A stretch of DNA of 64,000 nucleotides from Escherichia coli (GTDB lineage: Bacteria > Pseudomonadota > Gammaproteobacteria > Enterobacterales > Enterobacteriaceae), in the NCBI RefSeq assembly GCF_016903815.1, contig NZ_CP069973.1; one strand, given 5' to 3'. This document shows positions 19,427-30,752 of this stretch, piece by piece (position 1 is the first letter of the stretch; every line of letters starts with the position of its first letter). The notes beneath the pieces were generated by a model. The model was not told the origin of the DNA. It made no database searches and worked only from the letters and a program-made list of their open reading frames with translations. Position numbers and translations under genes: made by a program.

Positions 19427-19615
19427 ATGAAAACGTTATTACCAAACGTTAATACGTCTGAAGGTTGTTTTGAAATTGGTGTCACTATCAGTAACCCTGT
19501 ATTTACTGAAGATGCCATTAACAAGAGAAAACAAGAACGGGAGCTATTAAATAAAATATGCATTGTTTCAATGCTGGCTCGTTTACGTCTGATGCCAAAA
19601 GGATGTGCACAATGA
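19427..19615 (+). CDS. dicB: Cell-division inhibitor DicB
   Basis: 62 aa MKTLLPNVNTSEGCFEIGVTISNPVFTEDAINKRKQERELLNKICIVSMLARLRLMPKGCAQ. Confidence 0.9.
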   Translation: MKTLLPNVNTSEGCFEIGVTISNPVFTEDAINKRKQERELLNKICIVSMLARLRLMPKGCAQ

Positions 19616-19803
19616 ATTCAGCATTTGCGCTTGTTCTGACAGTTTTTCTTGTTTCCGGAGAGCCAGTTGATATTGCAGTCAGTGTTCACAGGACAATGCA
19701 GGAGTGTATGACTGCAGCAACCGAACAGAAAATTCCCGGTAACTGTTACCCGGTCGATAAAGTTATTCACCAGTATAATATCGAAATCCCGGCAGGTCTT
19801 TAA
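19612..19803 (+). CDS. ydfD: YdfD small lysis-associated protein
   Basis: 63 aa MNSAFALVLTVFLVSGEPVDIAVSVHRTMQECM…; ATGA overlap with dicB. Confidence 0.8.
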   Translation: MNSAFALVLTVFLVSGEPVDIAVSVHRTMQECMTAATEQKIPGNCYPVDKVIHQYNIEIPAGL

Positions 19804-19896
19804 AACAGTTCCGTAATAAATATCCGGTTTCATTCTTATATGCCAGCAATGGCAGGGATTTGTTCATCCTTAAATCTGTCATGAGGTTAAAACAAA

Positions 19897-22368
19897 ATGA
19901 GTAAAGTCTTTATTTGCGCCGCTATTCCTGACGAACTGGCAACAAGGGAAGAAGGCGCTGTGGCTGTAGCCACAGCCATTGAAGCTGGCGACGAACGCCG
20001 TGCTCGAGCAAAATTTCACTGGCAATTCCTGGAACATTATCCGGCTGCTCAGGACTGCGTTTATAAATTTATTGTCTGCGAGGATAAACCTGGCATACCC
20101 CGCCCTGCCCTCGATTCATGGGATGCTGAATATATGCAGGAAAACCGCTGGGATGAGGAGTCTGCTTCTTTTGTCCCGGTTGAGACTGAATCCGATCCGA
20201 TGAACGTCACTTTTGACAAGCTGGCCCCTGAAGTACAGAACGCTGTCATGGTTAAGTTCGACACATGTGAAAACATCACCGTTGATATGGTTATTAGCGC
20301 ACAGGAATTGTTGCAGGAAGACATGGCAACATTCGACGGACATATCGTTGAAGCGTTGATGAAAATGCCAGAAGTTAACGCCATGTATCCGGAGCTTAAG
20401 TTGCACGCCATTGGGTGGGTTAAGCATAAATGTATTCCTGGTGCTAAATGGCCCGAAATTCAGGCAGAGATGCGCATCTGGAAAAAACGTCGCGAAGGTG
20501 AACGCAAGGAAACCGGAAAATACACGTCTGTTGTTGATCTCGCCCGCGCCAGAGCCAATCAACAGTACACTGAAAATTCAACAGGAAAAATCAGCCCGGT
20601 CATTGCTGCCATTCATCGCGAATACAAGCAGACATGGAAAACACTGGATGACGAACTGGCCTACGCTCTCTGGCCTGGTGATGTGGATGCCGGAAACATT
20701 GACGGCAGCATCCATCGCTGGGCAAAAAATGAAGTTATCGATAACGACCGCGAAGACTGGAAGCGTATCTCGGCATCAATGCGCAAACAGCCTGATGCCC
20801 TTCGCTACGACCGCCAAACTATTTTTGGCCTTGTCCGTGAACGTCCGATCGACATTCACAAAGATCCCGTAGCACTGAACAAATATATCTGCGAATACCT
20901 GACGACAAAGGGCGTGTTTGAGAATGAAGAAACAGACCTGGGCACTGTTGATGTTCTCCAGTCATCAGAAACACAAACTGATGCAGTGGAAACTGAGGTA
21001 TCTGATATCCCAAAAAATGAAACCGCGCCGGAAGCTGAACCATCTGTAGAGCGTGAGGGGCCGTTCTATTTCCTCTTCGCAGATAAGGACGGAGAAAAAT
21101 ACGGTCGCGCAAACAAACTTTCTGGTCTGGATAAGGCACTGGCTGCTGGCGCCACTGAAATCACAAAAGAAGAATATTTTGCCCGAAAAAATGGCACATA
21201 CACGGGCTTACCGCAAAATGTAGATACCGCTGAAGATTCAGAACAACCAGAGCCGATGAAAGTTACCGCTGACGAAGTAAACAACATTATGCAGGCAGCC
21301 AATATCATCCAGCCTGACGCCGATAAGTTGCTTGCTGCATCACGTGGTGAATTTGTTGAAGGGATTAGTGACCCGAATGATCCGAAATGGGTTAAGGGGA
21401 TCCAGACCCGCGATTCTGTGAACCAGAACCAGCATGAATCGGAACGGAACTACCAAAAAGCGGAACAAAACAGCCCAAATGCGTTACAAAACGAGCCAGA
21501 AACGAAACAGCCTGAATCAGTGGCGCAACAGGAAGTGGAAAAAGTCTGCACCGCCTGCGGTCAGACCGGCGGCGGCAACTGCCCTGATTGTGGCGCGGTA
21601 ATGGGCGACGCAACATACCAGGAAACATTCGATGAAGAGTATCAGGTTGAAGTTCAGGAAGATGATCCGGAGAAAATGGAAGGCGCTGAACATCCACACA
21701 AGGAGAACACTGGCGGCAATCAGCATCACGATAGCGATAATGAAACTGGCGAGACGGCAGATCACTCAATTAAGGTGAACGGTCATCACGAAATCACATC
21801 CACCAGCAGGACGTGTGACCATCTAATGATCGACCTTGAAACCATGGGAAAAAATCCTGATGCCCCGATCATCTCAATAGGTGCAATATTTTTCGATCCG
21901 CAAACCGGAGATATGGGACCGGAATTTAGTAAGACTATCGATCTGGAAACTGCTGGCGGAGTCATTGATCGGGACACCATTAAATGGTGGCTTAAGCAAT
22001 CACGCGAAGCGCAATCTGCCATTATGACCGATGAAATCCCGTTAGATGATGCACTGTTACAATTGCGGGAATTTATCGACGAAAACTCCGGTGAATTTTT
22101 TGTTCAGGTCTGGGGAAATGGAGCCAACTTCGACAACACGATTTTGCGCCGTTCATACGAACGGCAGGGGATCCCCTGCCCGTGGCGTTACTACAACGAT
22201 CGCGATGTACGCACAATCGTTGAGCTGGGGAAAGCCATAGACTTCGATGCCAGAACGGCTATTCAATTCGAAGGTGAGCGCCATAATGCACTTGATGACG
22301 CCCGTTACCAGGCAAAATACGTTTCAGTTATCTGGCAAAAACTGATCCCGAGTCAGGCTGATTCTTAA
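19897..22368 (+). CDS. ydfE: Large prophage protein (YdfE-like), 823 aa, with C-terminal DnaQ-like DEDDh 3'-5' exonuclease domain
   Basis: Exo motifs I (MIDLETMG), II ([12 protein letters not shown]) and III ([13 protein letters not shown]) in the last about 180 aa; acidic low-complexity linker; CxxC…CxxC around residues 550-560. Confidence 0.7.
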   Translation: MSKVFICAAIPDELATREEGAVAVATAIEAGDERRARAKFHWQFLEHYPAAQDCVYKFIVCEDKPGIPRPALDSWDAEYMQENRWDEESASFVPVETESDPMNVTFDKLAPEVQNAVMVKFDTCENITVDMVISAQELLQEDMATFDGHIVEALMKMPEVNAMYPELKLHAIGWVKHKCIPGAKWPEIQAEMRIWKKRREGERKETGKYTSVVDLARARANQQYTENSTGKISPVIAAIHREYKQTWKTLDDELAYALWPGDVDAGNIDGSIHRWAKNEVIDNDREDWKRISASMRKQPDALRYDRQTIFGLVRERPIDIHKDPVALNKYICEYLTTKGVFENEETDLGTVDVLQSSETQTDAVETEVSDIPKNETAPEAEPSVEREGPFYFLFADKDGEKYGRANKLSGLDKALAAGATEITKEEYFARKNGTYTGLPQNVDTAEDSEQPEPMKVTADEVNNIMQAANIIQPDADKLLAASRGEFVEGISDPNDPKWVKGIQTRDSVNQNQHESERNYQKAEQNSPNALQNEPETKQPESVAQQEVEKVCTACGQTGGGNCPDCGAVMGDATYQETFDEEYQVEVQEDDPEKMEGAEHPHKENTGGNQHHDSDNETGETADHSIKVNGHHEITSTSRTCDHLMIDLETMGKNPDAPIISIGAIFFDPQTGDMGPEFSKTIDLETAGGVIDRDTIKWWLKQSREAQSAIMTDEIPLDDALLQLREFIDENSGEFFVQVWGNGANFDNTILRRSYERQGIPCPWRYYNDRDVRTIVELGKAIDFDARTAIQFEGERHNALDDARYQAKYVSVIWQKLIPSQADS

Positions 22369-22440
22369 TGTTCAACTGTCGCCGGTTGTGACTGGTATTC
22401 TGCAACCGGCGCTCGTCTAATGTAAGAGATAAAGAAATCG

Positions 22441-22692
22441 ATGAGCGAAGTAATCATGATTGTCTCTCCCGGCAAATGGGTATCCGAAGAGCAGTTAATT
22501 GCGCTGAAAGGAATAAAAAAAGGTACGTTAAAAAAGGCCCGGGAAAAATCGTTTATGGAAGGAAGGGAATATAAGCATGTCGCTCATGACGGTATGCCAT
22601 GGGATAACAGTCCATGCTTTTACAACCTGGAAGAAATTGATCGCTGGATTGAGCGCCAGGCATCAGCAAGACCAAGACGTCATCTTACTTGA
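22441..22692 (+). CDS. Excisionase-like small DNA-binding protein
   Basis: 83-aa basic ORF directly upstream of the integrase region; family unverified. Confidence 0.45.
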   Translation: MSEVIMIVSPGKWVSEEQLIALKGIKKGTLKKAREKSFMEGREYKHVAHDGMPWDNSPCFYNLEEIDRWIERQASARPRRHLT

Positions 22693-22762
22693 CTAAAAGC
22701 CACACTAACGTAACCGGCTCATTTAAACCGTCTGGTCTGTTTCCTCCGGCTCTACAAAAATA

Positions 22763-23440
22763 ATGTCCATCATTTTTAATGGACACTATCGTATGAAACA
22801 CCGGACCTGGATCACTGAAGCTTTACGTCTTCACTTTGAAGAACATTTACCCCGGGTTGTGGCCGGGCGTCGCCTGGGTGTACCAAAATCAACAGTTTGT
22901 AGTATGTTCGTGCGCTTTCGGAGAGCTGGCCTTTCGTGGCCTTTGCCCGCAGGCATGTCGGAGCAGGAACTTGATGCCTGCCTTTACGGACAATTTTCCA
23001 CGGTACCAGTCGTACGTCCTGAAAGCACCGTTATATCCGAAGCCCCCGTGGTAAAAAAACGTCCCCGGCGGCCCAACTTCCCTTATGAGTTTAAAATCGC
23101 CTTAGTGGAGCAGTCACTGCAGCCCGGAGCCTGTGTGGCGCAGATCGCCCGGGAAAACGGAATCAACGATAACCTGCTCTTCAACTGGCGCCATCAATAC
23201 CGGAAAGGTGGCCTGCTGCCTTCCGGAAAAAATATGCCGGCACTGCTTCCCGTGACGTTAACGCCGGAGCCGGATAATAAAATCCCGGCCCCCGCACAGG
23301 AACCAGAGCAGATAAATACACCGTCCGACAGTCTGTGTTGTGAGCTGGTTCTGCCGGCCGGAACTCTCAGGCTTAAAGGTAAACTGACGCCGGCGTTATT
23401 ACAGACACTTATCCGCGAAATAAAAGGGAGCAGCCACTGA
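22763..23440 (+). CDS. tnpA: IS66-family accessory protein (orf1/TnpA, HTH)
   Basis: ORF with IS66 orf1-like segment (…FKIALVEQSLQPGACVAQIARENGINDNLLFNWRHQYRKG…); start uncertain (22763 or 22793). Confidence 0.65.
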   Translation: MSIIFNGHYRMKHRTWITEALRLHFEEHLPRVVAGRRLGVPKSTVCSMFVRFRRAGLSWPLPAGMSEQELDACLYGQFSTVPVVRPESTVISEAPVVKKRPRRPNFPYEFKIALVEQSLQPGACVAQIARENGINDNLLFNWRHQYRKGGLLPSGKNMPALLPVTLTPEPDNKIPAPAQEPEQINTPSDSLCCELVLPAGTLRLKGKLTPALLQTLIREIKGSSH

Positions 23441-23787
23441 TGATATCTCTCCCTGCAGGTTCGCGTATCTGGCTGGTTGCAGGTATCACCGATATGCGAA
23501 ATGGCTTTAACGGCCTGGCATCAAAAGTTCAGAACGTCCTGAAGGATGACCCGTTCTCCGGACACCTGTTCATCTTCCGCGGACGCCGGGGTGACCAGAT
23601 AAAAGTGTTGTGGGCTGACAGTGACGGACTGTGCCTCTTCACCAAACGCCTGGAGCGGGGCCGCTTCGTCTGGCCAGTCACCCGTGACGGCAAGGTGCAC
23701 CTTACTCCGGCTCAGTTATCCATGCTTCTTGAAGGTATCAACTGGAAGCACCCGAAACGAACGGAACGCGCTGGAATCCGCATATAA
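23440..23787 (+). CDS. tnpB: IS66-family TnpB (orf2)
   Basis: 115 aa MISLPAGSRIWLVAGITDMRNGFNGLA…; ATGA overlap with orf1. Confidence 0.85.
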   Translation: MISLPAGSRIWLVAGITDMRNGFNGLASKVQNVLKDDPFSGHLFIFRGRRGDQIKVLWADSDGLCLFTKRLERGRFVWPVTRDGKVHLTPAQLSMLLEGINWKHPKRTERAGIRI

Positions 23788-23806
23788 CCCGTTGTAAAGT
23801 GAGGAT

Positions 23807-25378
23807 ATGGACACCTCACTTGCTCATGAGAACGCCCGCCTGCGGGCACTGTTGCAGACGCAACAGGACACCATCCGCCAGATGGCTGAATACAACCGCC
23901 TGCTCTCACAGCGGGTGGCGGCTTATGCTTCCGAAATCAACCGGCTGAAGGCGCTGGTTGCGAAACTGCAACGTATGCAGTTCGGTAAAAGCTCAGAAAA
24001 ACTTCGTGCAAAAACCGAACGGCAGATACAGGAAGCACAGGAGCGAATCAGCGCACTTCAGGAAGAAATGGCGGAAACGCTGGGTGAGCAATATGACCCG
24101 GTACTGCCATCCGCCCTGCGCCAGTCTTCAGCCCGTAAACCGTTACCGGCCTCACTTCCCCGTGAAACCCGGGTTATCCGGCCGGAAGAGGAATGCTGTC
24201 CTGCCTGTGGTGGTGAACTCAGTTCTCTGGGATGTGATGTGTCAGAGCAACTGGAGCTTATCAGCAGCGCCTTTAAGGTTATCGAAACACAACGTCCGAA
24301 ACAGGCCTGTTGCCGGTGCGACCATATCGTGCAGGCACCAGTACCTTCAAAACCCATTGCACGCAGTTATGCCGGAGCGGGGCTTCTGGCCCATGTTGTC
24401 ACCGGGAAATATGCAGACCATCTGCCGTTATACCGCCAGTCAGAAATATACCGTCGTCAGGGAGTGGAGCTGAGCCGTGCCACACTGGGGCGCTGGACAG
24501 GTGCTGTTGCTGAACTGCTGGAGCCGCTGTATGACGTCCTGCGCCAGTATGTGCTGATGCCCGGTAAAGTCCATGCTGATGATATCCCCGTCCCGGTCCA
24601 GGAGCCGGGCAGCGGTAAAACCCGGACAGCCCGGCTGTGGGTCTACGTCCGTGATGACCGTAACGCCGGTTCACAGATGCCCCCGGCGGTCTGGTTCGCG
24701 TACAGTCCGGACCGGAAAGGTATCCATCCACAAAATCACCTGGCCGGTTACAGCGGTGTGCTTCAGGCCGATGCTTACGGTGGTTACCGGGCGTTATACG
24801 AATCCGGCAGAATAACGGAAGCCGCGTGTATGGCTCATGCCCGGAGAAAAATCCACGATGTGCATGCAAGAGCGCCCACCTACATCACCACGGAAGCCCT
24901 GCAGCGTATCGGTGAACTGTATGCCATCGAGGCAGAGGTCCGGGGCTGTTCAGCAGAACAGCGTCTGGCGGCAAGAAAAGCCAGAGCCGCGCCACTGATG
25001 CAGTCACTGTATGACTGGATACAGCAACAGATGAAAACACTGTCGCGTCACTCAGATACGGCAAAAGCGTTCGCATACCTGCTGAAACAGTGGGATGCAC
25101 TGAACGTGTACTGCAGTAATGGCTGGGTGGAAATCGACAACAACATCGCAGAGAACGCCTTACGGGGAGTGGCCGTAGGCCGGAAAAACTGGATGTTCGC
25201 GGGTTCCAACAGCGGTGGTGAACATGCGGCGGTGTTGTACTCGCTGATCGGCACATGCCGTCTGAACAATGTGGAGCCAGAAAAGTGGCTGCGTTACGTC
25301 ATTGAACATATCCAGGACTGGCCGGCAAACCGGGTACGCGATCTGTTGCCCTGGAAAGTTGATCTGAGCTCTCAGTAA
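23807..25378 (+). CDS. tnpC: IS66-family transposase TnpC (DDE)
   Basis: 523 aa with coiled-coil N-terminus, CxxC zinc motifs (CPACGG…CCRCDH) and DDE core. Confidence 0.9.
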   Translation: MDTSLAHENARLRALLQTQQDTIRQMAEYNRLLSQRVAAYASEINRLKALVAKLQRMQFGKSSEKLRAKTERQIQEAQERISALQEEMAETLGEQYDPVLPSALRQSSARKPLPASLPRETRVIRPEEECCPACGGELSSLGCDVSEQLELISSAFKVIETQRPKQACCRCDHIVQAPVPSKPIARSYAGAGLLAHVVTGKYADHLPLYRQSEIYRRQGVELSRATLGRWTGAVAELLEPLYDVLRQYVLMPGKVHADDIPVPVQEPGSGKTRTARLWVYVRDDRNAGSQMPPAVWFAYSPDRKGIHPQNHLAGYSGVLQADAYGGYRALYESGRITEAACMAHARRKIHDVHARAPTYITTEALQRIGELYAIEAEVRGCSAEQRLAARKARAAPLMQSLYDWIQQQMKTLSRHSDTAKAFAYLLKQWDALNVYCSNGWVEIDNNIAENALRGVAVGRKNWMFAGSNSGGEHAAVLYSLIGTCRLNNVEPEKWLRYVIEHIQDWPANRVRDLLPWKVDLSSQ

Positions 25379-25433
25379 ATATCAATACGGTTCTGACGAG
25401 TCGCTTACACACTAACTAATGAGAGAAGTTGAA

Positions 25434-26714
25434 ATGAAATATCCGACAGGCGTGGAAAACCATGGAGGGAAATTACGTATCTGGTTTGTTTATAAAGGCG
25501 TAAGAGTCAGGGAAAACCTGGGGGTTCCTGACACAGCAAAAAACAGGCGCGTTGCAGGTGAGCTACGCGCCTCTGTTTGTTACGCAATAAAAACTGGTGT
25601 TTTCGACTATGCAAAACAGTTTCCCTCCTCACGCAATCTGGAAAAATTTGGTGAGACCCGACAAGATTTAACCATAAAAGAACTGGCTGAAAAATTTCTG
25701 GCACTGAAAGAAACTGAAGTCGCAAAAACATCACTCAACACATACCGTGCCGTCATCAAAAATATCCTGAGCATAATCGGTGAAAAAAATCTTGCCTCAT
25801 CGATTAATAAAGAAAAATTACTGGAGGTTCGTAAAGAGCTACTGACTGGATACCAGATCCCCAAAAGTAACTATATTGTTACACAACCAGGGAGATCGGC
25901 TGTAACTGTAAATAATTACATGACAAATCTTAACGCCGTGTTCCAGTTTGGTGTTGATAACGGTTACCTGGTAGATAACCCGTTTAAGGGGATCTCGCCA
26001 TTAAAGGAATCAAGAACCATTCCGGATCCTCTTTCGCGGGAGGAATTCATCCGTCTTATCGATGCGTGCAGAAATCAGCAAGCCAAAAATTTATGGTGTG
26101 TTTCTGTTTATACTGGCGTTCGCCCTGGTGAGCTGTGTGCACTTGGATGGGAGGACATAGATCTGAAAAATGGAACAATGATGATCAGGAGAAATTTAGC
26201 AAAAGACCGTTTCACGGTACCAAAAACACAGGCGGGAACCAATCGGGTCATTCATCTTATTAAGCCAGCAATCGACGCTCTCCGGAGTCAGATGACATTA
26301 ACGAGACTGAGCAAAGAGCATATCATTGATGTTCACCTCAGAGAGTATGGCAGAACAGAAAAACATAAATGCACCTTTGTTTTTCAACCTGAAGTGTCAG
26401 CGAGAGTAAAAAATTATGGTGACCATTTTACCGTTGACTCAATAAGGCAGATGTGGGACGCAGCGATAAAACGTGCCGGACTCCGCCATCGAAAATCATA
26501 TCAGTCGAGACATACTTATGCCTGCTGGTCGCTGACAGCTGGTGCTAACCCGGCATTTATAGCAAACCAGATGGGCCATGCAGATGCGCAAATGGTATTT
26601 CAGGTATACGGAAAATGGATGTCTGAAAACAATAATGCACAGGTAGCTTTGTTAAATACACAGTTAAGCGAGTTTGCCCCAACCATGCCCCATAACGAAG
26701 CAATGAAAAATTAA
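25434..26714 (+). CDS. intQ: Phage tyrosine integrase
   Basis: Start taken at MKYPTGVENHGGKLRIWF… (ORF 25419..26714); C-terminal catalytic region with R…HxxR…Y (HTYACW…VYGKW). Confidence 0.85.
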   Translation: MKYPTGVENHGGKLRIWFVYKGVRVRENLGVPDTAKNRRVAGELRASVCYAIKTGVFDYAKQFPSSRNLEKFGETRQDLTIKELAEKFLALKETEVAKTSLNTYRAVIKNILSIIGEKNLASSINKEKLLEVRKELLTGYQIPKSNYIVTQPGRSAVTVNNYMTNLNAVFQFGVDNGYLVDNPFKGISPLKESRTIPDPLSREEFIRLIDACRNQQAKNLWCVSVYTGVRPGELCALGWEDIDLKNGTMMIRRNLAKDRFTVPKTQAGTNRVIHLIKPAIDALRSQMTLTRLSKEHIIDVHLREYGRTEKHKCTFVFQPEVSARVKNYGDHFTVDSIRQMWDAAIKRAGLRHRKSYQSRHTYACWSLTAGANPAFIANQMGHADAQMVFQVYGKWMSENNNAQVALLNTQLSEFAPTMPHNEAMKN

Positions 26715-26901
26715 TTTAATATTTATCAAATAGTTGACACGTATGACTCTTGAAATCCATAAATTCAAGCGCAGTGCCCAGCCATCCCGATACTGCTGCT
26801 TTCACCAAATCCTTAGTGCTTCTTTCGTGTTTTTCTATTGTCATAATGGTTATCTCTAAAAAAGAGGTAAGATGCGTACTACTTACTCGCCGTTATTGGT
26901 A

Positions 26902-27921
26902 TTATTCAGAAAAAGTGAGTAAGACTTTGCAGCAATGTTTTTGATCCTGTTCAAATAAACTAATGGCATCAGCAACATGCTGGAAATCAAACGTATGGGT
27001 AATTAATTTTTCTGGTTTAATTAACCCTTTACTTAACCAGTCGATAACGACCGGGAATTTATTTGCATTTAAGCGTGAAGAGAAAATAGAGAGTTCTTTT
27101 CCGGTAATTCCTTGCTGAATCACTTCAGACGGTTCACTGGAGAAGCCCATCAATACAATACGTGCCGCTGGAGAAGCCAGAGTTACGGCCTCTTTCAGGA
27201 TAGAAGGATGACAAGCCGCATCGATAATTAATGTCGGCTTTATGCCTTTTTCAGCGAAAATCTCGCCAAGCGGTGTCTGGCTGTTATTAATCGCCCAGTC
27301 AGCCCCGCTCTCTTTCGCTTTTTCCAGTCGTTCATCAATGCGATCGGCAACAATCACATTTTTAACGTTATAGACGCCTTTTAATACCTGAACGATCGTC
27401 AGGCCGATTGGACCGGCACCGTAAACCAGAACGGTATCATTTTCAGTCGGTTGACCATGACCGGTTACGTTCGCCGCAATGGTAAAAGGTTCGATCATCA
27501 CCGCATATTGATCGGCCACTGCTTCAGGAATTTTCCACGCATTTTTTGCCGGAACCACGGCATATTCACTGAAACCACCGTCAGCGTGCACACCTAATAC
27601 AGCCAGTGTTGTACAAACGTTCGGCTTACCTATAGAGCACGGATAGCAATGCCCACAGCTGACCACCGGATCGACAGCAACGCGTTCACCGACTCTGGCG
27701 CTTTCCACGCCTTCACCCACTGCATCAATGACGCCAAAAAATTCATGTCCAATGACGCGCGGATATTTCGCAAAAGGATTATGCCCACGATAAATATGGC
27801 TATCTGAACCACAAATTCCGGCAAGTTTCACTTTTACTCGTACTTCACCCGCTGACGGGGTAGGTATTTCGCGTTCGATAATTGCCAGTTGATTCGGTTT
27901 TTCAATTAAAATGCTTTTCAT
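26902..27921 (-). CDS. rspB: Zn-dependent alcohol dehydrogenase family protein RspB
   Basis: 339 aa from MKSILIEKPNQ…; GHE and Cys-rich structural-Zn motifs. Confidence 0.9.
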   Translation of the reverse strand: MKSILIEKPNQLAIIEREIPTPSAGEVRVKVKLAGICGSDSHIYRGHNPFAKYPRVIGHEFFGVIDAVGEGVESARVGERVAVDPVVSCGHCYPCSIGKPNVCTTLAVLGVHADGGFSEYAVVPAKNAWKIPEAVADQYAVMIEPFTIAANVTGHGQPTENDTVLVYGAGPIGLTIVQVLKGVYNVKNVIVADRIDERLEKAKESGADWAINNSQTPLGEIFAEKGIKPTLIIDAACHPSILKEAVTLASPAARIVLMGFSSEPSEVIQQGITGKELSIFSSRLNANKFPVVIDWLSKGLIKPEKLITHTFDFQHVADAISLFEQDQKHCCKVLLTFSE

Positions 27922-27932
27922 TATCTTACTCC

Positions 27933-29147
27933 TTACCAGTTCCACAGCGTGCCATCTTCCAGACGTGCGACTGGCAGATAAGCAGGTTCATAGGGATATT
28001 TCGCCGCCAGCTTTTCATCGAATTCGATGCCAAGACCCGGTTTGTCTCCCGGATGCATATAGCCGTTATCGAAAGTCCAGTTGTGCGGGAAGACTTCGAG
28101 CATTTGTTCGGAATAACCCATGTATTCCTGGACACCGAAATTGGGGACCCACAGATCAAAGTGCAGCGCCGCAGCCATGCAGACTGGTGACAAATCGGAA
28201 GGACCGTGTGAGCCAGTACGTACCTGATACAGCGAAGCAAAATCGGCAATCCGGCGCATACCGGTAATGCCACCCGCGTGGGTCAGCGTAGTGCGGATAT
28301 AATCGATAAGTTGCTCTTCAATCAGTTGCTTGCAGTCCCAGATGCTGTTGAAGACTTCACCCACCGCGATGGGTGTGACGGTATGTTGGCGAATGAGACG
28401 GAAGCATTCCTGGTTTTCCGCAGGCGTCGGGTCTTCCATCCAGAACATGCGATAATCTTCAATGCTTTTACCAAAGCGCGCCGCTTCAATAGGCGTTAAG
28501 CGATGGTGCATGTCATGCAGCAAATGTTCATTAAAACCAAACTTGTTACGTACCGCGTCAAACAATTTCGGCATGAAATCGAGGTATTTCTCCGTCGACC
28601 ACAGCTGCTCTTCCGGCCACTGTCCTTTGGTTGCGGGTTCATAAGCCAGACCTTTGCCTTTCGACATGCCGTAGGTGGTTTTCATACCAGGGATTCCGCA
28701 CTGCACGCGGATGGCTTTGAATCCCAGCTCCTGATGACGGGCATAATCATCCAGAGCTTCATCAATACTGTGACCGGTGGTATGGCAATAAACCATCACC
28801 CCTTCACGAGACGCGCCGCCGAGTAACTGGTAAAGCGGCATGTTGGCAGCTTTGGCTTTAATATCCCACAGCGCCATATCAACCGCTGAAATGGCCGACA
28901 TCGTAACCGGACCGCGACGCCAGTAAGCACCTTTATAGAAAAACTGCCAGATATCTTCGATACGGTGCGCATCGCGACCAATAAGCTGCGGACAAAGGTG
29001 ATCCTGCAAATAAGAGGCCACGGAAAGCTCACGTCCATTGAGGGTGGCATCCCCAAGGCCCGTAATACCGTCCTCAGTGGTGATTTTTAATGTGACGAAA
29101 TTACGCCCCGGACAGGTAACAAAAACTTCAGCCTTTACGATCTTCAT
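27933..29147 (-). CDS. rspA: Enolase-superfamily dehydratase RspA
   Basis: 404 aa from [17 protein letters not shown]…. Confidence 0.9.
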
Positions 29148-29352
29148 GTTCGATTCCTTGCATCGCTTGTCGTGATGCATGAAATCTACGCAACTGAGCT
29201 ACTACCATACAAGTATAAAGATCAAAAAAAGCCGGAGTGATCACAAAAAAAGGCGTATATTTGCGCCGTGAATGGTTGACAAAAGATGAAATAGAATATC
29301 TTTTGTCAGCTGACACTTACTTGTATCTTATTGATAAAATGGATTTATGTCC

Positions 29353-29679
29353 TTACGCGCGCCCCCAGCCCGCAACAATGATCAACATGCCGCAAAGCGC
29401 AATCAACGCCCCCGTCCAGTCATAAAGACTCAGTTTCACGCCATCCACAACACGCAGCCAAATCAACGCCGTGCAGACATAAACGCCACCATAAGCCGCG
29501 TAAACACGCCCACTCGCCGCAGGATGCAACGTTAACAACCAGACAAACAGTGCCAGAGAAATCCCCGCCGGAAGCAACAGCCAGATACTGGCGTTTCGTT
29601 TTAACCACAACCAGGGCAGAAAGCATCCAATAATTTCACACAGCGCAGTAGCAAAAAATAGTAACGTTGTTTTAATCAT
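29353..29679 (-). CDS. ynfA: UPF0060 membrane protein YnfA
   Basis: 108 aa from [23 protein letters not shown]…. Confidence 0.85.
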
Positions 29680-29813
29680 CTTTGTCACTTATTGACATCA
29701 TGTATAGTTATAGGACGACATAATATCATCAATATAAACATCCTCCTGGTACGTTTTGCGTTCGCAGTGGATGGTGTAGAATCACCTTTAATCATTCATA
29801 CAGGGAATGAGTT

Positions 29814-30155
29814 ATGAAAATTACTCTCAGCAAACGAATTGGCCTGCTCGCTTTTCTGCTGCCTTGCGCAATGGCATTGAGCACAACTGTTCATGCCGAA
29901 ACTAACAAACTGGTGATTGAGTCTGGCGACAGTGCACAAAGCCGCCAGCACGCCGCTATGGAAAAAGAGCAATGGAATGACACGCGCAATCTGCGTCAGA
30001 AAGTGAATAAACGCACTGAAAAAGAGTGGGATAAAGCCGACGCCGCTTTTGATAACCGCGATAAATGTGAGCAAAGCGCCAACATCAATGCCTACTGGGA
30101 GCCAAATACTTTGCGCTGCCTGGACCGTCGAACTGGCCGCGTTATTACCCCCTAA
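29814..30155 (+). CDS. ynfB: Secreted protein YnfB
   Basis: 113 aa with signal peptide [28 protein letters not shown]. Confidence 0.85.
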   Translation: MKITLSKRIGLLAFLLPCAMALSTTVHAETNKLVIESGDSAQSRQHAAMEKEQWNDTRNLRQKVNKRTEKEWDKADAAFDNRDKCEQSANINAYWEPNTLRCLDRRTGRVITP

Positions 30156-30189
30156 CCTGTTATTGATTTAAGGAATGTAAGGACACGTT

Positions 30190-30750
30190 ATGCCAAGCGC
30201 CCACAGTGTTAAGCTACGCCCGCTGGAGCGTGAAGATTTACGCTATGTACATCAACTCGACAATAACGCCAGTGTGATGCGTTACTGGTTTGAGGAACCC
30301 TACGAAGCCTTTGTTGAACTCTCTGATCTGTACGATAAGCATATTCACGATCAGAGCGAACGGCGCTTTGTGGTGGAATGTGACGGCGAAAAAGCCGGTC
30401 TGGTGGAGCTGGTGGAAATTAACCATGTTCATCGCCGCGCAGAATTTCAGATAATTATCTCCCCGGAATATCAGGGGAAAGGTCTGGCAACGCGTGCCGC
30501 AAAATTAGCAATGGACTATGGCTTCACCGTTCTTAATCTCTATAAGCTGTATCTGATCGTCGATAAAGAGAATGAAAAAGCGATTCACATTTACCGCAAG
30601 CTTGGCTTTACGGTTGAAGGTGAATTGATGCATGAGTTCTTTATTAATGGTCAATATCGGAATGCCATTCGCATGTGCATATTCCAGCATCAGTATCTGG
30701 CAGAGCACAAAACACCGGGTCAGACTCTCCTGAAGCCGACCGCACAATAG
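30190..30750 (+). CDS. speG: Spermidine N1-acetyltransferase SpeG
   Basis: 186 aa GNAT-family sequence recalled as SpeG. Confidence 0.9.
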   Translation: MPSAHSVKLRPLEREDLRYVHQLDNNASVMRYWFEEPYEAFVELSDLYDKHIHDQSERRFVVECDGEKAGLVELVEINHVHRRAEFQIIISPEYQGKGLATRAAKLAMDYGFTVLNLYKLYLIVDKENEKAIHIYRKLGFTVEGELMHEFFINGQYRNAIRMCIFQHQYLAEHKTPGQTLLKPTAQ

Positions 30751-30752
30751 CA

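Larger units (their letters stand above)
22710..25408 (+). mobile_element. IS66-family insertion sequence (about 2.7 kb) with 8-bp target duplication ACACTAAC
   Basis: Imperfect terminal IRs starting GTAA (left GTAACCGGCTC…, right end reverse-complement GTAAGCGACTC…); identical ACACTAAC at 22702-22709 and 25409-25416; three ORFs. Confidence 0.85.

Noticed and set aside
24058-25269. Minus-strand ORFs inside the IS66 tnpC gene (24058..24357, 24399..24869, 24885..25256)
   Set aside because: Antisense shadows within a GC-rich transposase gene.
26750-26944. 64-aa ORF between the integrase and rspB
   Set aside because: Lies in the presumed att/junction region and overlaps the rspB 3' end; no start signals.
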